DNA from: Candidatus Latescibacterota bacterium
GTDB taxonomy: Bacteria > Latescibacterota > UBA2968 > UBA8231
Reading direction: 5' to 3'
NCBI GenBank assembly: GCA_965200315.1
Contig: OZ241362.1
Span: 3,040,001 to 3,104,000, forward strand
DNA: 64,000 nt
In this document: positions 30,764-40,968 of the stretch, piece after piece
Numbering within the stretch: position 1 is the first letter of the stretch
Layout of the letters: the number at the start of each line of letters is the position of its first letter
Made by a program: the position numbers and the translations under genes
The notes under the pieces: generated by a model
What the model was told of the DNA's origin: nothing
The model's database searches: none
Seen by the model: the letters and a program-made list of their open reading frames with translations, nothing else

Positions 30764-31567
30764 ATGACAACGGCGTTGCCGCTGGTAGCGCGGCCCGATT
30801 TAGCGGGCTATGTGCAGGCGATGAAGGAAGACGGGTACGCCTATTTTCCCGAGGTGCTCAACGAGCAGGAGATCGCTGAGTTGCGCCAAGCCATGGACGA
30901 GCTGATCGCGCTGGAGGAAAGCTACGATCGCCACTCCGACCCAGCCGCGCACGGCTTTCTCAACAAGAGCATCAACAACGCCTTCAACCGTGCGCCGATC
31001 TTCGCCCAATACTTGGACCGACCCGAAATCATCGACCTAGTCGAGGCGATACACGGCGACGATTGCCACTGCATCGGCATGACGGCTTGGATGACCGGCC
31101 CGGGCCGCCCGGATCAAACCCTGCACGCCGACTGGCAGCCGCTGACCCTGCCGGAAGAGGTCATGGACCACCCAGAGGTAGAGATTCCGATCTTTATCAC
31201 CACGGCCCATTACTACCTCGACGCCCTGACCGAGGAGCTGGGGCCGACTCGCTTCGTGCCGGGCAGCCACCGCGCAGGTCGGCGGCCCCGCGCGGGCGAG
31301 ACCCGCTTTAAGGGCGTTGAGGAGCAGAGCATCTTGTGCAAGGCCGGCGACTGCGTGCTGTTCCGCTGCGAGGTCTGGCACCGGGGCACGGCCAATAGGA
31401 GCGATCAGACGCGCTATTTGCTCCAAGTACACTACGCCCAGCGCATTATCACCCAGAAGTACCCACCCTATCTGAACAAATTCCAATTCGATGCGGCCCT
31501 GTTGGCGCAGGCCACGCCGCGGCAGCGGCGGCTTTTGGGCGACCACGTGCCGAGCAATTACGACTAA
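30764..31567 (+). CDS. PhyH-family dioxygenase
   Basis: EDGYAYF, LHAD, GPTRFVPGSH, WHRG. Confidence 0.9.
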   Translation: MTTALPLVARPDLAGYVQAMKEDGYAYFPEVLNEQEIAELRQAMDELIALEESYDRHSDPAAHGFLNKSINNAFNRAPIFAQYLDRPEIIDLVEAIHGDDCHCIGMTAWMTGPGRPDQTLHADWQPLTLPEEVMDHPEVEIPIFITTAHYYLDALTEELGPTRFVPGSHRAGRRPRAGETRFKGVEEQSILCKAGDCVLFRCEVWHRGTANRSDQTRYLLQVHYAQRIITQKYPPYLNKFQFDAALLAQATPRQRRLLGDHVPSNYD

Positions 31568-31620
31568 AAGCCATCTCATATACCCGGATTACGCTCCCAT
31601 TGATGGATGAATAACGCGCT

Positions 31621-31992
31621 ATGGCTAATTCCCCGATATCCGTCCTACTCTTTGAGGACAATCCCATTCACGCTCGCCTGTTGCAGAACTTGCTGAAACC
31701 GGAATTTGCCGTGGAAGCGGTCGATAACTTGGCGGCCGGCTTGGCGCGGTTAGAAGCCGGTGGCATCGACGCAATCCTCCTCGACCTCGTGCTGCCCGAC
31801 AGCCAAGAGTTAGCCACCTTCGAGCGCGTCAAAGCAACCGTCCCGAATATCCCCGTGCTGGTCCTGACGGGCCTCGATGACGAAGTACTCGCCGCAGAGG
31901 CCGTAGCGGCCGGTGCCCGCGATTACCTAGTCAAAACGCAGATCGATGGCGAGCGCTTGGCCCGGTCTATCCGGGCGGCCGTAGCGGGTTAG
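31621..31992 (+). CDS. Single-domain response regulator
   Basis: [25 protein letters not shown]. Confidence 0.93.
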   Translation: MANSPISVLLFEDNPIHARLLQNLLKPEFAVEAVDNLAAGLARLEAGGIDAILLDLVLPDSQELATFERVKATVPNIPVLVLTGLDDEVLAAEAVAAGARDYLVKTQIDGERLARSIRAAVAG

Positions 31993-31994
31993 CG

Positions 31995-34937
31995 ATGGGG
32001 GGCGATCCCCGCTTCCTGCGCGGGACCGGCTGGCTGGCGCGCTTGGCCGCCACCACGACCGTGCTAACGGGCGCGCTGGTGCTGTGGGGCTGGCACACCA
32101 ACGACGAATACCTCAAAAGCTTCATGCACGTCAATTGGGTGACGACGCACCCGCTCGTGGCGATGCAGTTTATCTTGGCTGGCGCGGCGCTGTTGTTGTT
32201 ACAGATCGAGCCGCTGACCCATTGGCGGCGGTATGCGGGCGTGGTGCTGGGGTTGACCGTAGTGGTGATCGCCGTGCTCAAGTTAATCGGCTACCAGTAC
32301 AACTGGGAGCGGGGCGTCGATACGTACCTCTTTTATTTTAAACTGGGCGTCTCTCGGATGTCGCCCAATGCAGCGTTTTCCTTCTTGCTGATAGGCTTGG
32401 CCTTGGTGCTGATGGATGTGCGAATGAGAGGCCACGCCTATCTGTCTCAGAGCTGCGTACTCGCGGCGGCGGTCATCGGCCTTTTGTCGATGAGCAGCTA
32501 CTTCCACAACGTGCTGCTACTCTATGGAGTATCCGGGTTCGTCCCGTTCGTTCCCGACACGGCGACCGAATTCCTCATCCTCTGCTTTGGCCTGCTGTGC
32601 GCTCGTCCGCACCGCGAGCCAGTCGCGACCATCATCAGCACTACGGAGGGCGGTTCCGTGGCGCGCCGCCTCTTGCCGGCCGCCTTTGTCATTCCCCTCC
32701 TACTCGACTGGATGCGCATCGAGGTCGAGAGCCTCTATGGCTACGAGTTTGGCTTCTCACTTTTTACGCTGCTCAACATTTTGGCCTTTGCCCTGCTCAT
32801 TTGGTGGAATGCCGCGTCGCTTTCGCGGGTTGATGCAGAAAGGCGGCGCTCGGAAGAGCAGCTACAAAAGCAATACCGCCTGACCGCGGAGAAAGCGCAG
32901 TCCGAGCACGAGGCCCTGTTGGCCCTTGAAGAGTCGCAGGAGGCCCTGCGCCACGCCAAAGAGCAAGCCGAGGCGGCCAACCAAGCCAAGAGTGCGTTTT
33001 TGGCCAATATGAGCCACGAGATCCGCACCCCAATGAACGGCATCATCGGCATGACCGAGCTGTTGGGGCGCACTCGGCTCGAAGCGCAGCAGCGTAGCTA
33101 CTTGACCTTGGTGCAGCAGTCGGCGGAATCGCTGCTGTCTCTGCTCAACGACATCCTCGATTTCTCCAAAGTCGAAGCAGGCCGCTTGGCACTGGAGGAG
33201 ATCGAGTTCGACCTACGCGACGAGGTGGGCAATGCCGTGCAGACGCTAGCCATGCACGCGGCGAGCAAAAACATAGAGCTTGTGTATCACATTCCCGCGG
33301 ACGTGCCCGATCGCTTAATCGGCGACCCGCGTCGCTTGCGCCAAGTGGTGATCAACTTGGTGGGCAATGCCGTCAAGTTTACCGAGGACGGCGAGGTAGA
33401 AGTTGGCATCGCCGTGGAAGAGGCGTTGCCGGACGCGGTGTGCCTGCGCTTGCGGGTGCGCGACACTGGGATCGGCATCGCGCCGGAGAAACAGGCGCGG
33501 ATATTCGACTCTTTCAGCCAAGTCGATAGCTCGACCTCGCGGCGCTTTGGCGGTAGCGGCTTGGGCTTGGCCATCTCTCAGCAGCTAGTCGAGCTGATGG
33601 GGGGACGCATCTGGGTTGAGAGCGCGGAGGGCCAAGGCAGCACCTTTTACTGCACGGTCCGCTTAGGGCGGGGGACGTCGGAGTCCAAGCGCACCGATCT
33701 GGTCTCGCTGCGGGGGCTAAAGGTCTTAGTTGTCGACGACCATGCGACCAATCGGCGGATCCTTGAAGAGATCCTGAAAAGCTGGGCGATGGAGGTCGAA
33801 CTCGTGGAGAGCGGCTCGGCTGCCATCGCAGCTTTGGAAGCAGCGACGCAGCTCTTCGACTTGGTGCTGATGGATCTGATGATGCCGGAGATGGACGGCC
33901 TAGAAACGGTAGCGATAATCCGCGAGAACGCGGCGTTTGCCCAAGTGCCGGTGCTGCTGCTTTCCTCGGCGGACCGAGCCGGATACAGTGCGCAGTCGAG
34001 AGCCTTGGGCATTGCCCGCAGCCTGATAAAGCCGATCAAGCAGTCCGACCTGCTAGAGGCCATTGGCGCGGCTCTTGAAGCCGCCCCGCCGGTGGAGACG
34101 CATGGTCACGCCTCAAGGCGAGGAGAAGCACCTAGGGACGAGCCGGCGGCGGTCGAGAGCTGGGGCCGGACAGCTCGTCGCGTTCTCTTGGCCGAGGATG
34201 GGTTGATTAACCAGCAGGTAGCCGTGCGGCTACTGGAAGAGCGCGGCCATTCGGTAGTGGTCGTGAACAATGGCCGTGCGGCCGTAGAGCAGGTGGCCGC
34301 GCAGGATTCGGCGCGGCCAGCCGAGCCGCCCTTTGACGTGGTGCTGATGGACGTGCAGATGCCGGAGATGGACGGCTTAGAGGCCACGGCCGCCATTCGC
34401 CGCGCAGAGAAGCTGACCGGCGGGCATGTCCCAATCGTCGCCATGACGGCCCACGCCATGAAAGGCGACCGCGACCGCTTCTTGGCGGCGGGCATGGACG
34501 ATTATGTGGCCAAGCCCGTGCGCCCTCACGAGCTGTACGCGGCTGTGGAGGGTTGCGGCCCCAATGCTGAGGCCGGACAGCTCGCGCCGGCCGATTTGCC
34601 TTTTGAATGGGATGCTGCGCTCGAGCGCGTTGGCGGCGACGAGGACTTGTTGCGCGAACTGGCGGAGATGTTTTTTGCCGAGTGTCCCAAGCTGATGCAG
34701 CAGATCCGCGAGCACCTCGCCGGCGCGGATGGCCCCGAATTGCGGCGGGCCGCGCATACGCTCAAGGGGTCGGCGGGGGTTTTCGGGGCTGAGGCCGCGG
34801 CCAAGGCGGCGCATCGGTTGGAGGAAATCGGACGCGAGGCAGCGTTTGCCGACTCTGAAGAGGCGCTGGCGTTGCTGGAGGGTGAAGTGGCGCGGCTGTT
34901 GCCGGCTTTGCGGGAGCGAGTTGCGGCCAGCGCGTAA
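31995..34937 (+). CDS. Hybrid membrane histidine kinase (HisKA-HATPase-REC-REC-Hpt)
   Basis: Multi-TM sensor, [30 protein letters not shown], two REC domains, AAHTLKGS. Confidence 0.95.
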   Translation: MGGDPRFLRGTGWLARLAATTTVLTGALVLWGWHTNDEYLKSFMHVNWVTTHPLVAMQFILAGAALLLLQIEPLTHWRRYAGVVLGLTVVVIAVLKLIGYQYNWERGVDTYLFYFKLGVSRMSPNAAFSFLLIGLALVLMDVRMRGHAYLSQSCVLAAAVIGLLSMSSYFHNVLLLYGVSGFVPFVPDTATEFLILCFGLLCARPHREPVATIISTTEGGSVARRLLPAAFVIPLLLDWMRIEVESLYGYEFGFSLFTLLNILAFALLIWWNAASLSRVDAERRRSEEQLQKQYRLTAEKAQSEHEALLALEESQEALRHAKEQAEAANQAKSAFLANMSHEIRTPMNGIIGMTELLGRTRLEAQQRSYLTLVQQSAESLLSLLNDILDFSKVEAGRLALEEIEFDLRDEVGNAVQTLAMHAASKNIELVYHIPADVPDRLIGDPRRLRQVVINLVGNAVKFTEDGEVEVGIAVEEALPDAVCLRLRVRDTGIGIAPEKQARIFDSFSQVDSSTSRRFGGSGLGLAISQQLVELMGGRIWVESAEGQGSTFYCTVRLGRGTSESKRTDLVSLRGLKVLVVDDHATNRRILEEILKSWAMEVELVESGSAAIAALEAATQLFDLVLMDLMMPEMDGLETVAIIRENAAFAQVPVLLLSSADRAGYSAQSRALGIARSLIKPIKQSDLLEAIGAALEAAPPVETHGHASRRGEAPRDEPAAVESWGRTARRVLLAEDGLINQQVAVRLLEERGHSVVVVNNGRAAVEQVAAQDSARPAEPPFDVVLMDVQMPEMDGLEATAAIRRAEKLTGGHVPIVAMTAHAMKGDRDRFLAAGMDDYVAKPVRPHELYAAVEGCGPNAEAGQLAPADLPFEWDAALERVGGDEDLLRELAEMFFAECPKLMQQIREHLAGADGPELRRAAHTLKGSAGVFGAEAAAKAAHRLEEIGREAAFADSEEALALLEGEVARLLPALRERVAASA

Positions 34938-34961
34938 CGCCGAAGGAGAAGCAGGTACTCA

Positions 34962-35273
34962 ATGGAACGAATTTACACCGCTCAGGACTTGGCCATGCTC
35001 AGTCACCTCAAAAACTCGTTGGCCGCGCAGGGCATTGAATGCGTTTTGCGCGGTCAGCACCTGCTCGGTGGAGTGGGCGAATTGCCCCCGATTGAGTGCT
35101 GGCCGGAGTTGTGGGTTTTGGACGACAGACAGGTCGCGGTCGCGAAGTCGCATATCGACACTCTGTTTGCAACGGCTGCGGAAGACAGAGTGCCGTGGAC
35201 CTGCGCGGGCTGCGGCGAGGAGTGCCCGGGGGCGTTTACGGACTGTTGGAGCTGCGGGGCGGCTAGGGCCTAA
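34962..35273 (+). CDS. DUF2007-like protein with C-terminal zinc ribbon
   Basis: LAAQGIEC..GELPPIECWPELWV; WTCAGCGE..FTDCWSCG. Confidence 0.85.
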   Translation: MERIYTAQDLAMLSHLKNSLAAQGIECVLRGQHLLGGVGELPPIECWPELWVLDDRQVAVAKSHIDTLFATAAEDRVPWTCAGCGEECPGAFTDCWSCGAARA

Positions 35274-35292
35274 GAGAGCGGAACTTCCTAAA

Positions 35293-35459
35293 TATAGCAA
35301 TCCTACATGACTTGCGGGGCTTGAAGGATTGCACACGCATCAACCCAGTTCAAAGCGTCTGGGATCGCGGGCGTCTCGCCCTCGAAAAACGCTGGCCCCC
35401 TAGCCTACGCGGCGAGACGCCCGCGCTCCCCATCTTAGGAATGATTTAGGACTGCTATA
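35293..35459. mobile_element. MITE-like element
   Basis: Imperfect terminal inverted repeats TATAGCAATCCTACAT / ATTTAGGACTGCTATA; internal inverted repeat GCGGGCGTCTCGCC / GGCGAGACGCCCGC. Confidence 0.75.
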
Positions 35460-35561
35460 TACACTCCACCGATGCCCTGCTGGCTGGGGGTGCTCTTTTG
35501 TCTCACTAGGTATTTGGACTTATTGACCCATACCGACCGTGCGGTCGGTGGAAGGATACGT

Positions 35562-36371
35562 ATGTCGCGCTTTTTGCTCGCGCTCGCTTTCGTCTTTTTG
35601 CTCGCCGCTCCCGTCCGCGCACAAGCGTCGCCAATGCTGGCGACGGGAAGCTCCGCCGATAGCCTGCTCGTCAGCGGCAAACAGATGCTGCGAGCCGGTG
35701 CCCTCGACGCGATGTACGCGGCTAAGGCCACGTTCGAGCGCACCTTGGCCGACACGACTTTATCCGCGTGGGGCCATTACTACATCGCTTTGGCCGATTA
35801 TCGCATCGCCGATTACCTGTTGGCCGCGGGCGAGGAAAACAAAGGCGCGGCTTCTGAACACCTTAAAGCCGCTGTCGAGTGTTTGCAAAAGGCTACCGAA
35901 ATTGACCCGCAAGCGGCTGAAGCGTATGCCCTGCTGTCGAGCGCGTACGGACGACAAATAGGCCTCAATCCGATCAAGGGCATGGTCTTGGGGCGCAGAG
36001 CAGAGAAAGCTCTTAAAAGAGCAGTGCAGCTCGCCCCCGACAATCCGCGCGTCGTGCTAGTCGCGGCCATCCGCGACTTCAATACCCCGGAAATGTTTGG
36101 TGGCAGCAAGGAAAAGGGCCTGCAAGGATTCCAGCGCGCCGCCGAACTCTTCGCCCAAGAAGGACCAATCGCTCCCATTCATCCCGCATGGGGACACAGC
36201 CGTACCTACGCGTGGCTCGGCCTCGTGTACCAAGAGCGCGGCGAGCTAGCGCAGGCACAAGTAGCCTTTGCCAAGGCGCTTGCCATCAATCCAGATTTTA
36301 GTTGGGTCAAAAACGTGCTGCTACCCGAATTGGAAAAGGCCGTTGCGAAGCATGAACAAAACAGAAAATAG
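35562..36371 (+). CDS. Secreted TPR protein
   Basis: Signal peptide; TPR-like KATEIDPQAAEAY, AVQLAPDNP, KALAINPDF. Confidence 0.85.
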   Translation: MSRFLLALAFVFLLAAPVRAQASPMLATGSSADSLLVSGKQMLRAGALDAMYAAKATFERTLADTTLSAWGHYYIALADYRIADYLLAAGEENKGAASEHLKAAVECLQKATEIDPQAAEAYALLSSAYGRQIGLNPIKGMVLGRRAEKALKRAVQLAPDNPRVVLVAAIRDFNTPEMFGGSKEKGLQGFQRAAELFAQEGPIAPIHPAWGHSRTYAWLGLVYQERGELAQAQVAFAKALAINPDFSWVKNVLLPELEKAVAKHEQNRK

Positions 36372-37752
36372 TGCCCCCAACATCGTCCTAATCGTCACTG
36401 ACCAGCAGCGCTGGGACACGCTCGGCTGCTTGGGCTACGATCACGTCATCACTCCGCACATTGACCGGCTAGCCGCTCGCGGCGTGGCATTTAGTCGCGC
36501 CTTTGTGCAAGGAGCGGTCTGCGGCCCGTCGCGCAACAGTATCGTCTCGGGCCAGTACGTCCACACCCACGGCATTGACCGCAACGAAGCGTGGCTGACG
36601 CCCGACCAGCCCAATTGGATCGAGCAGCTTAGAGACGGCGGCTACCACACGGTCAACATCGGCAAGATGCACACTGCGCCCATTCGCCTGCCGTGCGGCT
36701 TCCGCCACCGCACGGTCGTCGAAAACAAAAACTATCGGCAGGGGCACCACGGCCCTGATCCAGACGACTACGACTTGTACCTGATGCAGTTCGGGCTTCG
36801 GCGACCGGCGCTGACCTACTACCAAGACGTGCCCAATTGGCCGGATTACTTGGGAGCAGCCGTGTGGCCGCACGTCGAAGAGTTGTTTATCGACAACTGC
36901 GTTGGGCGTTGGAGCGTGGAGGCCATTCGCAACCACGACTTTGCCAAGCCGCTCTTCCTGTGGAGCGGCTTCGCCGGTCCGCACGACCCCTTTGACGCGC
37001 CTGCGTCCGCGCTGGCTCGCTACGAGGGAGTAGAAATTCCCGACCCCGTGGGGCTCCCCAACGAACTGGACACCAAGCCGCCGCCACAGCGCCGCGCCAT
37101 GGAGGGCATGGACGGCAAACACACGCCCGCGGCGATATGGTGGAGCCGAGCGACCCCGGAGCGCATTCGCCGCATGCGCCGGCACTACTACGCCAACATC
37201 ACGGCCATTGACGATTGGGTCGGCGCGCTGGTCGCGGCCATGGACGAGCGAGGCGCGCTGGACAACACGGTTTTTGTGTTTACCTCAGATCACGGCGACT
37301 GCCTCGGCGACCACCACCAAGTCTATAAGTTCTCGTCCCACTACGACTCGGTGGCGCGGGTGCCGCTAATTTTTGCCGGTCCCGGAGTTGAGCGATTGGG
37401 GGTGAGCGATCCGCTGGTCGAGCTGATTGACCTAGGGCCGACCCTGTTGGAACTAGCGGGATTGGGGCCGTTGGCCGGGGCGGAGGGGCTTTCTTTGGGG
37501 TCGCTGTTGCGCGGAGAAGAGACCGTACTGCACGAGACCGTGTTTTCCGAATACGGCCCGCGCATCATGGCGCGAACCGAGGCGTGGAAATTGGTTTTTT
37601 ATCCCGGAGAATCCTACGGGGAGTTGTATCATTTAACAGAGGATCCAGACGAACTGTACAATCTATACGACGATCCGACTCATGTGGGAGCGCGGGGAGC
37701 GATGGTGGAGCGGATGATGGATTGGTACGGAAAGACGCGGATGCAGCGGTGA
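36352..37752 (+). CDS. Sulfatase
   Basis: PNIVLIVTDQQR, CGPSR, GKMH, TSDHG, ELYHLTEDPDE. Confidence 0.95.
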   Translation: MNKTENSAPNIVLIVTDQQRWDTLGCLGYDHVITPHIDRLAARGVAFSRAFVQGAVCGPSRNSIVSGQYVHTHGIDRNEAWLTPDQPNWIEQLRDGGYHTVNIGKMHTAPIRLPCGFRHRTVVENKNYRQGHHGPDPDDYDLYLMQFGLRRPALTYYQDVPNWPDYLGAAVWPHVEELFIDNCVGRWSVEAIRNHDFAKPLFLWSGFAGPHDPFDAPASALARYEGVEIPDPVGLPNELDTKPPPQRRAMEGMDGKHTPAAIWWSRATPERIRRMRRHYYANITAIDDWVGALVAAMDERGALDNTVFVFTSDHGDCLGDHHQVYKFSSHYDSVARVPLIFAGPGVERLGVSDPLVELIDLGPTLLELAGLGPLAGAEGLSLGSLLRGEETVLHETVFSEYGPRIMARTEAWKLVFYPGESYGELYHLTEDPDELYNLYDDPTHVGARGAMVERMMDWYGKTRMQR

Positions 37753-37823
37753 GGAAGCACTCGGAGCGTTGTGCAATTACCTGGATGGGCGCGTATATTA
37801 TATAATTATGAACGACTTGCGAA

Positions 37824-38139
37824 ATGATTGACCTCGATCGAGTCGTCGGTTTTCAATGGGATATAGGTAACTCCCGCAAGAGTACTGACGGACACGGGAT
37901 TAGTCAGGCTGAAGCAGAGCAAGTGTTTGCCAATGGACCGCTCCTGCTGGTCGAGGATGTAGCCCACAGTCAATTGGAGCCGCGGTTTCACGCCTTGGGT
38001 GTAACCTTCGACCAAGGCGATTTCCCTGAGACTGCCGGTCGATTTGCTAGAGAGGATCAAGTTCGCGGCCAATAAGCGGGATGTCCCCTACCAGCCGCTG
38101 ATCAAGGTCTGGCTGGCCGAGAAGATAGACGCCGATTAG
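37824..38139 (+). pseudogene. brnT toxin 5' part fused by deletion to CopG/BrnA antitoxin 3' part
   Basis: GFQWDIGNSRKS..HGISQAEAEQVF..RFHALGVT, then in another frame PSTKAISLRLPVDLLERIK..DVPYQPLIKVWLAEK*. Confidence 0.8.
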
Positions 38140-38213
38140 GGAAAGGACGCGATGGCGAGGTGAAAGACAGACGCTCAGAGAAAAACAATTCGCGCTAGCG
38201 AAAGGAGTACACT

Positions 38214-38582
38214 GTGAACATACACGTAGGTAATTTGGCGAAGACGGCTAAAAAGGACGCACTGATCCAGCTCTTTCAACCGTACGGAAAGGTCGTGGCG
38301 GCCACCATCGCCCGAAACAAGAAGAGCGGCGACTCGCGCGGCTTTGGCTACGTGGAGATGGCTACTCGGCACGAGGGCGAAGAGGCCATTGCCCATCTCA
38401 ACGACAAGGAATTTGAGGGGCAGAAGCTGCATCTGAGCGAGGCGCACGAACGCAAGGATAAGGCCGGGCGCGGGTCGGGCAAGGGGGGCGACCGCTTTGA
38501 CCAGCGCAGCAGTTTTCTTTCGCCCCGAGGCGGCCAGCACGGGGCGGGCAATATGCGGCGGAGTGGACGGCGGGGTTCCTAG
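38214..38582 (+). CDS. RRM RNA-binding protein
   Basis: IHVGNL (RNP2), SRGFGYVEM (RNP1), Gly/Arg tail. Confidence 0.93.
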   Translation: MNIHVGNLAKTAKKDALIQLFQPYGKVVAATIARNKKSGDSRGFGYVEMATRHEGEEAIAHLNDKEFEGQKLHLSEAHERKDKAGRGSGKGGDRFDQRSSFLSPRGGQHGAGNMRRSGRRGS

Positions 38583-38782
38583 TCTGGGCGATCATAAAGC
38601 AGCAACCGTGCGAGGATGGGGTCGTGGTCGCTGGCTTGGTTGGGGAATTCGGTGTTGACGTGGACATGGTCGAACTCGGGCCGGAGCGCGAACAGGGCCG
38701 AGCTGACCAGTAGGTAATCGAGTTGCAAGGCCAACACATCGGGGGCGCGTAGGTGATGGACGATTTGGTCGGCAATGGCCAC
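38579..38782 (-). pseudogene. Endonuclease/exonuclease/phosphatase C-terminal fragment
   Basis: LDYLLVS..VHVNTEF..ASDHDPILAR. Confidence 0.65.
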
Positions 38783-38832
38783 GAATTGACCGTCCGCTAA
38801 GTCCGCACTTTTGTCGCGGTCATTGGGATCGA

Positions 38833-39025
38833 TATAGCAATCCTACCTCACTTGTTTGCTATAGCGGCCCTCAGCAGCCCTCTTGACGCGCCCGGCGGGC
38901 GGCTGGGCGCGTCGGTCGCGCGGCGTTTTTCGAGGGCAGGATGCCCTCGATCCCGGGGGGCGCCGCGTGAAAGACCGAACCGTGTGCGAGGCTTCGCGCC
39001 GCGCCCGTCGTGTCGGTTTGCTATT
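38833..39025. repeat. MITE/REP-like repeat cluster
   Basis: TATAGCAATCCTAC start; GCGTTTTTCGAGGGCAGGATGCCCTCGATCCC is a variant of the reverse complement of 35361-35392. Confidence 0.6.
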
Positions 39026-39266
39026 GCAACAAAAGTTACACTCTGGGCATTTTAATTTGCCATGTTCACATCGCTTTGCTTTACCTAAAACTAAGGGGTT
39101 CTTACCACAAGCAGAGTCATCTTGTAACCGCCCACCACAATAGGCGATTAGTGTTGTCCATAAGCTCTTATTGAAATTAGACTTACCCCGTAAAATACTA
39201 AAACCTTCTAGCCTAAACGTACAGAATTTACGAATCAATGATTTTCAGCAGTGCGTCGCGTCTTAT

Positions 39267-39860
39267 TTAACTCATCTCAGACAATAGCGCGAGCAGTTCG
39301 TCGTGGCTTTGGACGCGGAAATCGGCTTCGGCCGTCCAGAGGTCTTGGCTCTCGGCGTCGTAGTAGATGGTGGTGACCGCGGCGCGGCGGCCAGCTTCGA
39401 GGTCGTAGCGGAAGTCGCCGACCATCACGGTGGTTGCTGGCGCAGCATCCCAAGCGGCGATCAACTTGTGGATGCCATCGGGATCGGGCTTGGGGGCGGC
39501 TTCGTCGCGGCCTAAGACGTGGGCGGGATCGAAGAATTCGGCGAGACCGCAGACGGCGAGCGTCTGCAACGCATTGGCGTGGTTGTTGCGGGTGAGGATG
39601 CCGAGCCGGAAACCGCGTTTGACCAGTGAGTTCAGCAGCGCGTAGGCGCCGGGCAAGGGCTGGGCGCGAAGCGCGTACTCGCGTTCGAGCGCAGCAAGGC
39701 GCTGTCTGAGCGCGGCCGCTTCGGCAGCGGGGCGGGTGTCAATCTCTTCGAGCATACCCTTCCCCAAAGGCAGACCCAATTCCTCGCGAATAGCATTGAA
39801 ATCAATGGCGCTATCGGCCAGAGTGTTATCGAGATCGAAAATCCAGTGGGTGAAGTTCAT
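39267..39860 (-). CDS. HAD-superfamily hydrolase
   Basis: FDLDNTL, ILTRN, KPDP, VGDFRYD. Confidence 0.92.
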   Translation of the reverse strand: MNFTHWIFDLDNTLADSAIDFNAIREELGLPLGKGMLEEIDTRPAAEAAALRQRLAALEREYALRAQPLPGAYALLNSLVKRGFRLGILTRNNHANALQTLAVCGLAEFFDPAHVLGRDEAAPKPDPDGIHKLIAAWDAAPATTVMVGDFRYDLEAGRRAAVTTIYYDAESQDLWTAEADFRVQSHDELLALLSEMS

Positions 39861-39943
39861 ACTATGTCGCCGATGTTGCGCCCGGGCCTCTTGGGTATGA
39901 GATGCTTCGACTCCGCTGCGCTCAGCATGACGGTTTGAGCAGA

Positions 39944-40951
39944 TTAAGCAACCCCCAGAACTTCTCGTGCGGCTTGCGTAGTCTCGCGGACTTGGCCTAG
40001 GGTGCCCATCCCAAACATCGAGGCCGAGACGTCTACCTCTTTGAAGACATATTCAAATGCCTTGGGGCCAAGGTAGCGACCGCCGGCCAGTGGCTTGATG
40101 GCGATGACGGGTTTACTGGCGTTTTTGATCGCGTCAATGGCCATATCGCGGGTGGGAAACATGAAGGTGCCCGGGGCATTGACGGTGGTCAGGTAGCCAT
40201 CGACGGGAATATTTTCGGCTTCGAGGAGCGGTAGGGTGACACCCGCGTGGTGGACGCTGGTGATAACGGTGTCGAAGCGCTGGCGCAGAAAGCCCAAGTA
40301 CTCGCGGATCAGGTCAAAGCGGCCGGTCATCGCCAGCAGGTCGATTTCGGCCCCAGGGTCGGCGATGAGGATATCGCAGCCGGCGAAAAAGCCCAAGTAT
40401 TGTTCGAGGATGCCGTAGTCGATCTCAAAGCGGGCAGCATCTTCTGCTGTGTACGGTGGCACGGTCTCCGGAGTGACGATGCCGTCGAAGGTGTCGCCTA
40501 GGTTGTAGCGGATGATGTCGTCGCGGTGGAAGTGCTCGCGGAAGGCCGCGCCGCCGAGAGCTTCGTTGCAGGCGTAGAAGGTCGAGTGAGCGCGCTCGGA
40601 GTAGGAGACGATTTCGCCGTCCAAGGTCACCGGGATCAGGATGTAGGCCACCATGCCGATTTGGGTGTCGGTCTGTTGCTCGGTTTCCCAGATTGCTTGC
40701 AGGTGCAGGCGGTCGAGTTCGGGCAGCATGTGGTCCACTTGGACGGCGGTGATGCCGCCTTCTTCGACTGCGCAACGCAGCACGTCAGCGACGGATTGGA
40801 CGCGACTAAAAGCGCGAAAATTTTCAGCGTCGCGCTCCTTATTTTGGTAGGAACAGCCATCGTAGGGATGGATACCCATAATCAGGCGGGGAATCTCGGC
40901 TTGGCCAATCTGCGTCGTCGGGACGCCACAACCTTCGAGATAGGTTCTCAT
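39944..40951 (-). CDS. Hypothetical protein, aldo/keto-reductase-like fold
   Basis: IPRLIMG N-terminus, KPVIAIKPLAGGR. Confidence 0.6.
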   Translation of the reverse strand: MRTYLEGCGVPTTQIGQAEIPRLIMGIHPYDGCSYQNKERDAENFRAFSRVQSVADVLRCAVEEGGITAVQVDHMLPELDRLHLQAIWETEQQTDTQIGMVAYILIPVTLDGEIVSYSERAHSTFYACNEALGGAAFREHFHRDDIIRYNLGDTFDGIVTPETVPPYTAEDAARFEIDYGILEQYLGFFAGCDILIADPGAEIDLLAMTGRFDLIREYLGFLRQRFDTVITSVHHAGVTLPLLEAENIPVDGYLTTVNAPGTFMFPTRDMAIDAIKNASKPVIAIKPLAGGRYLGPKAFEYVFKEVDVSASMFGMGTLGQVRETTQAAREVLGVA

Positions 40952-40968
40952 CGCGTTGTTCCTATTGG

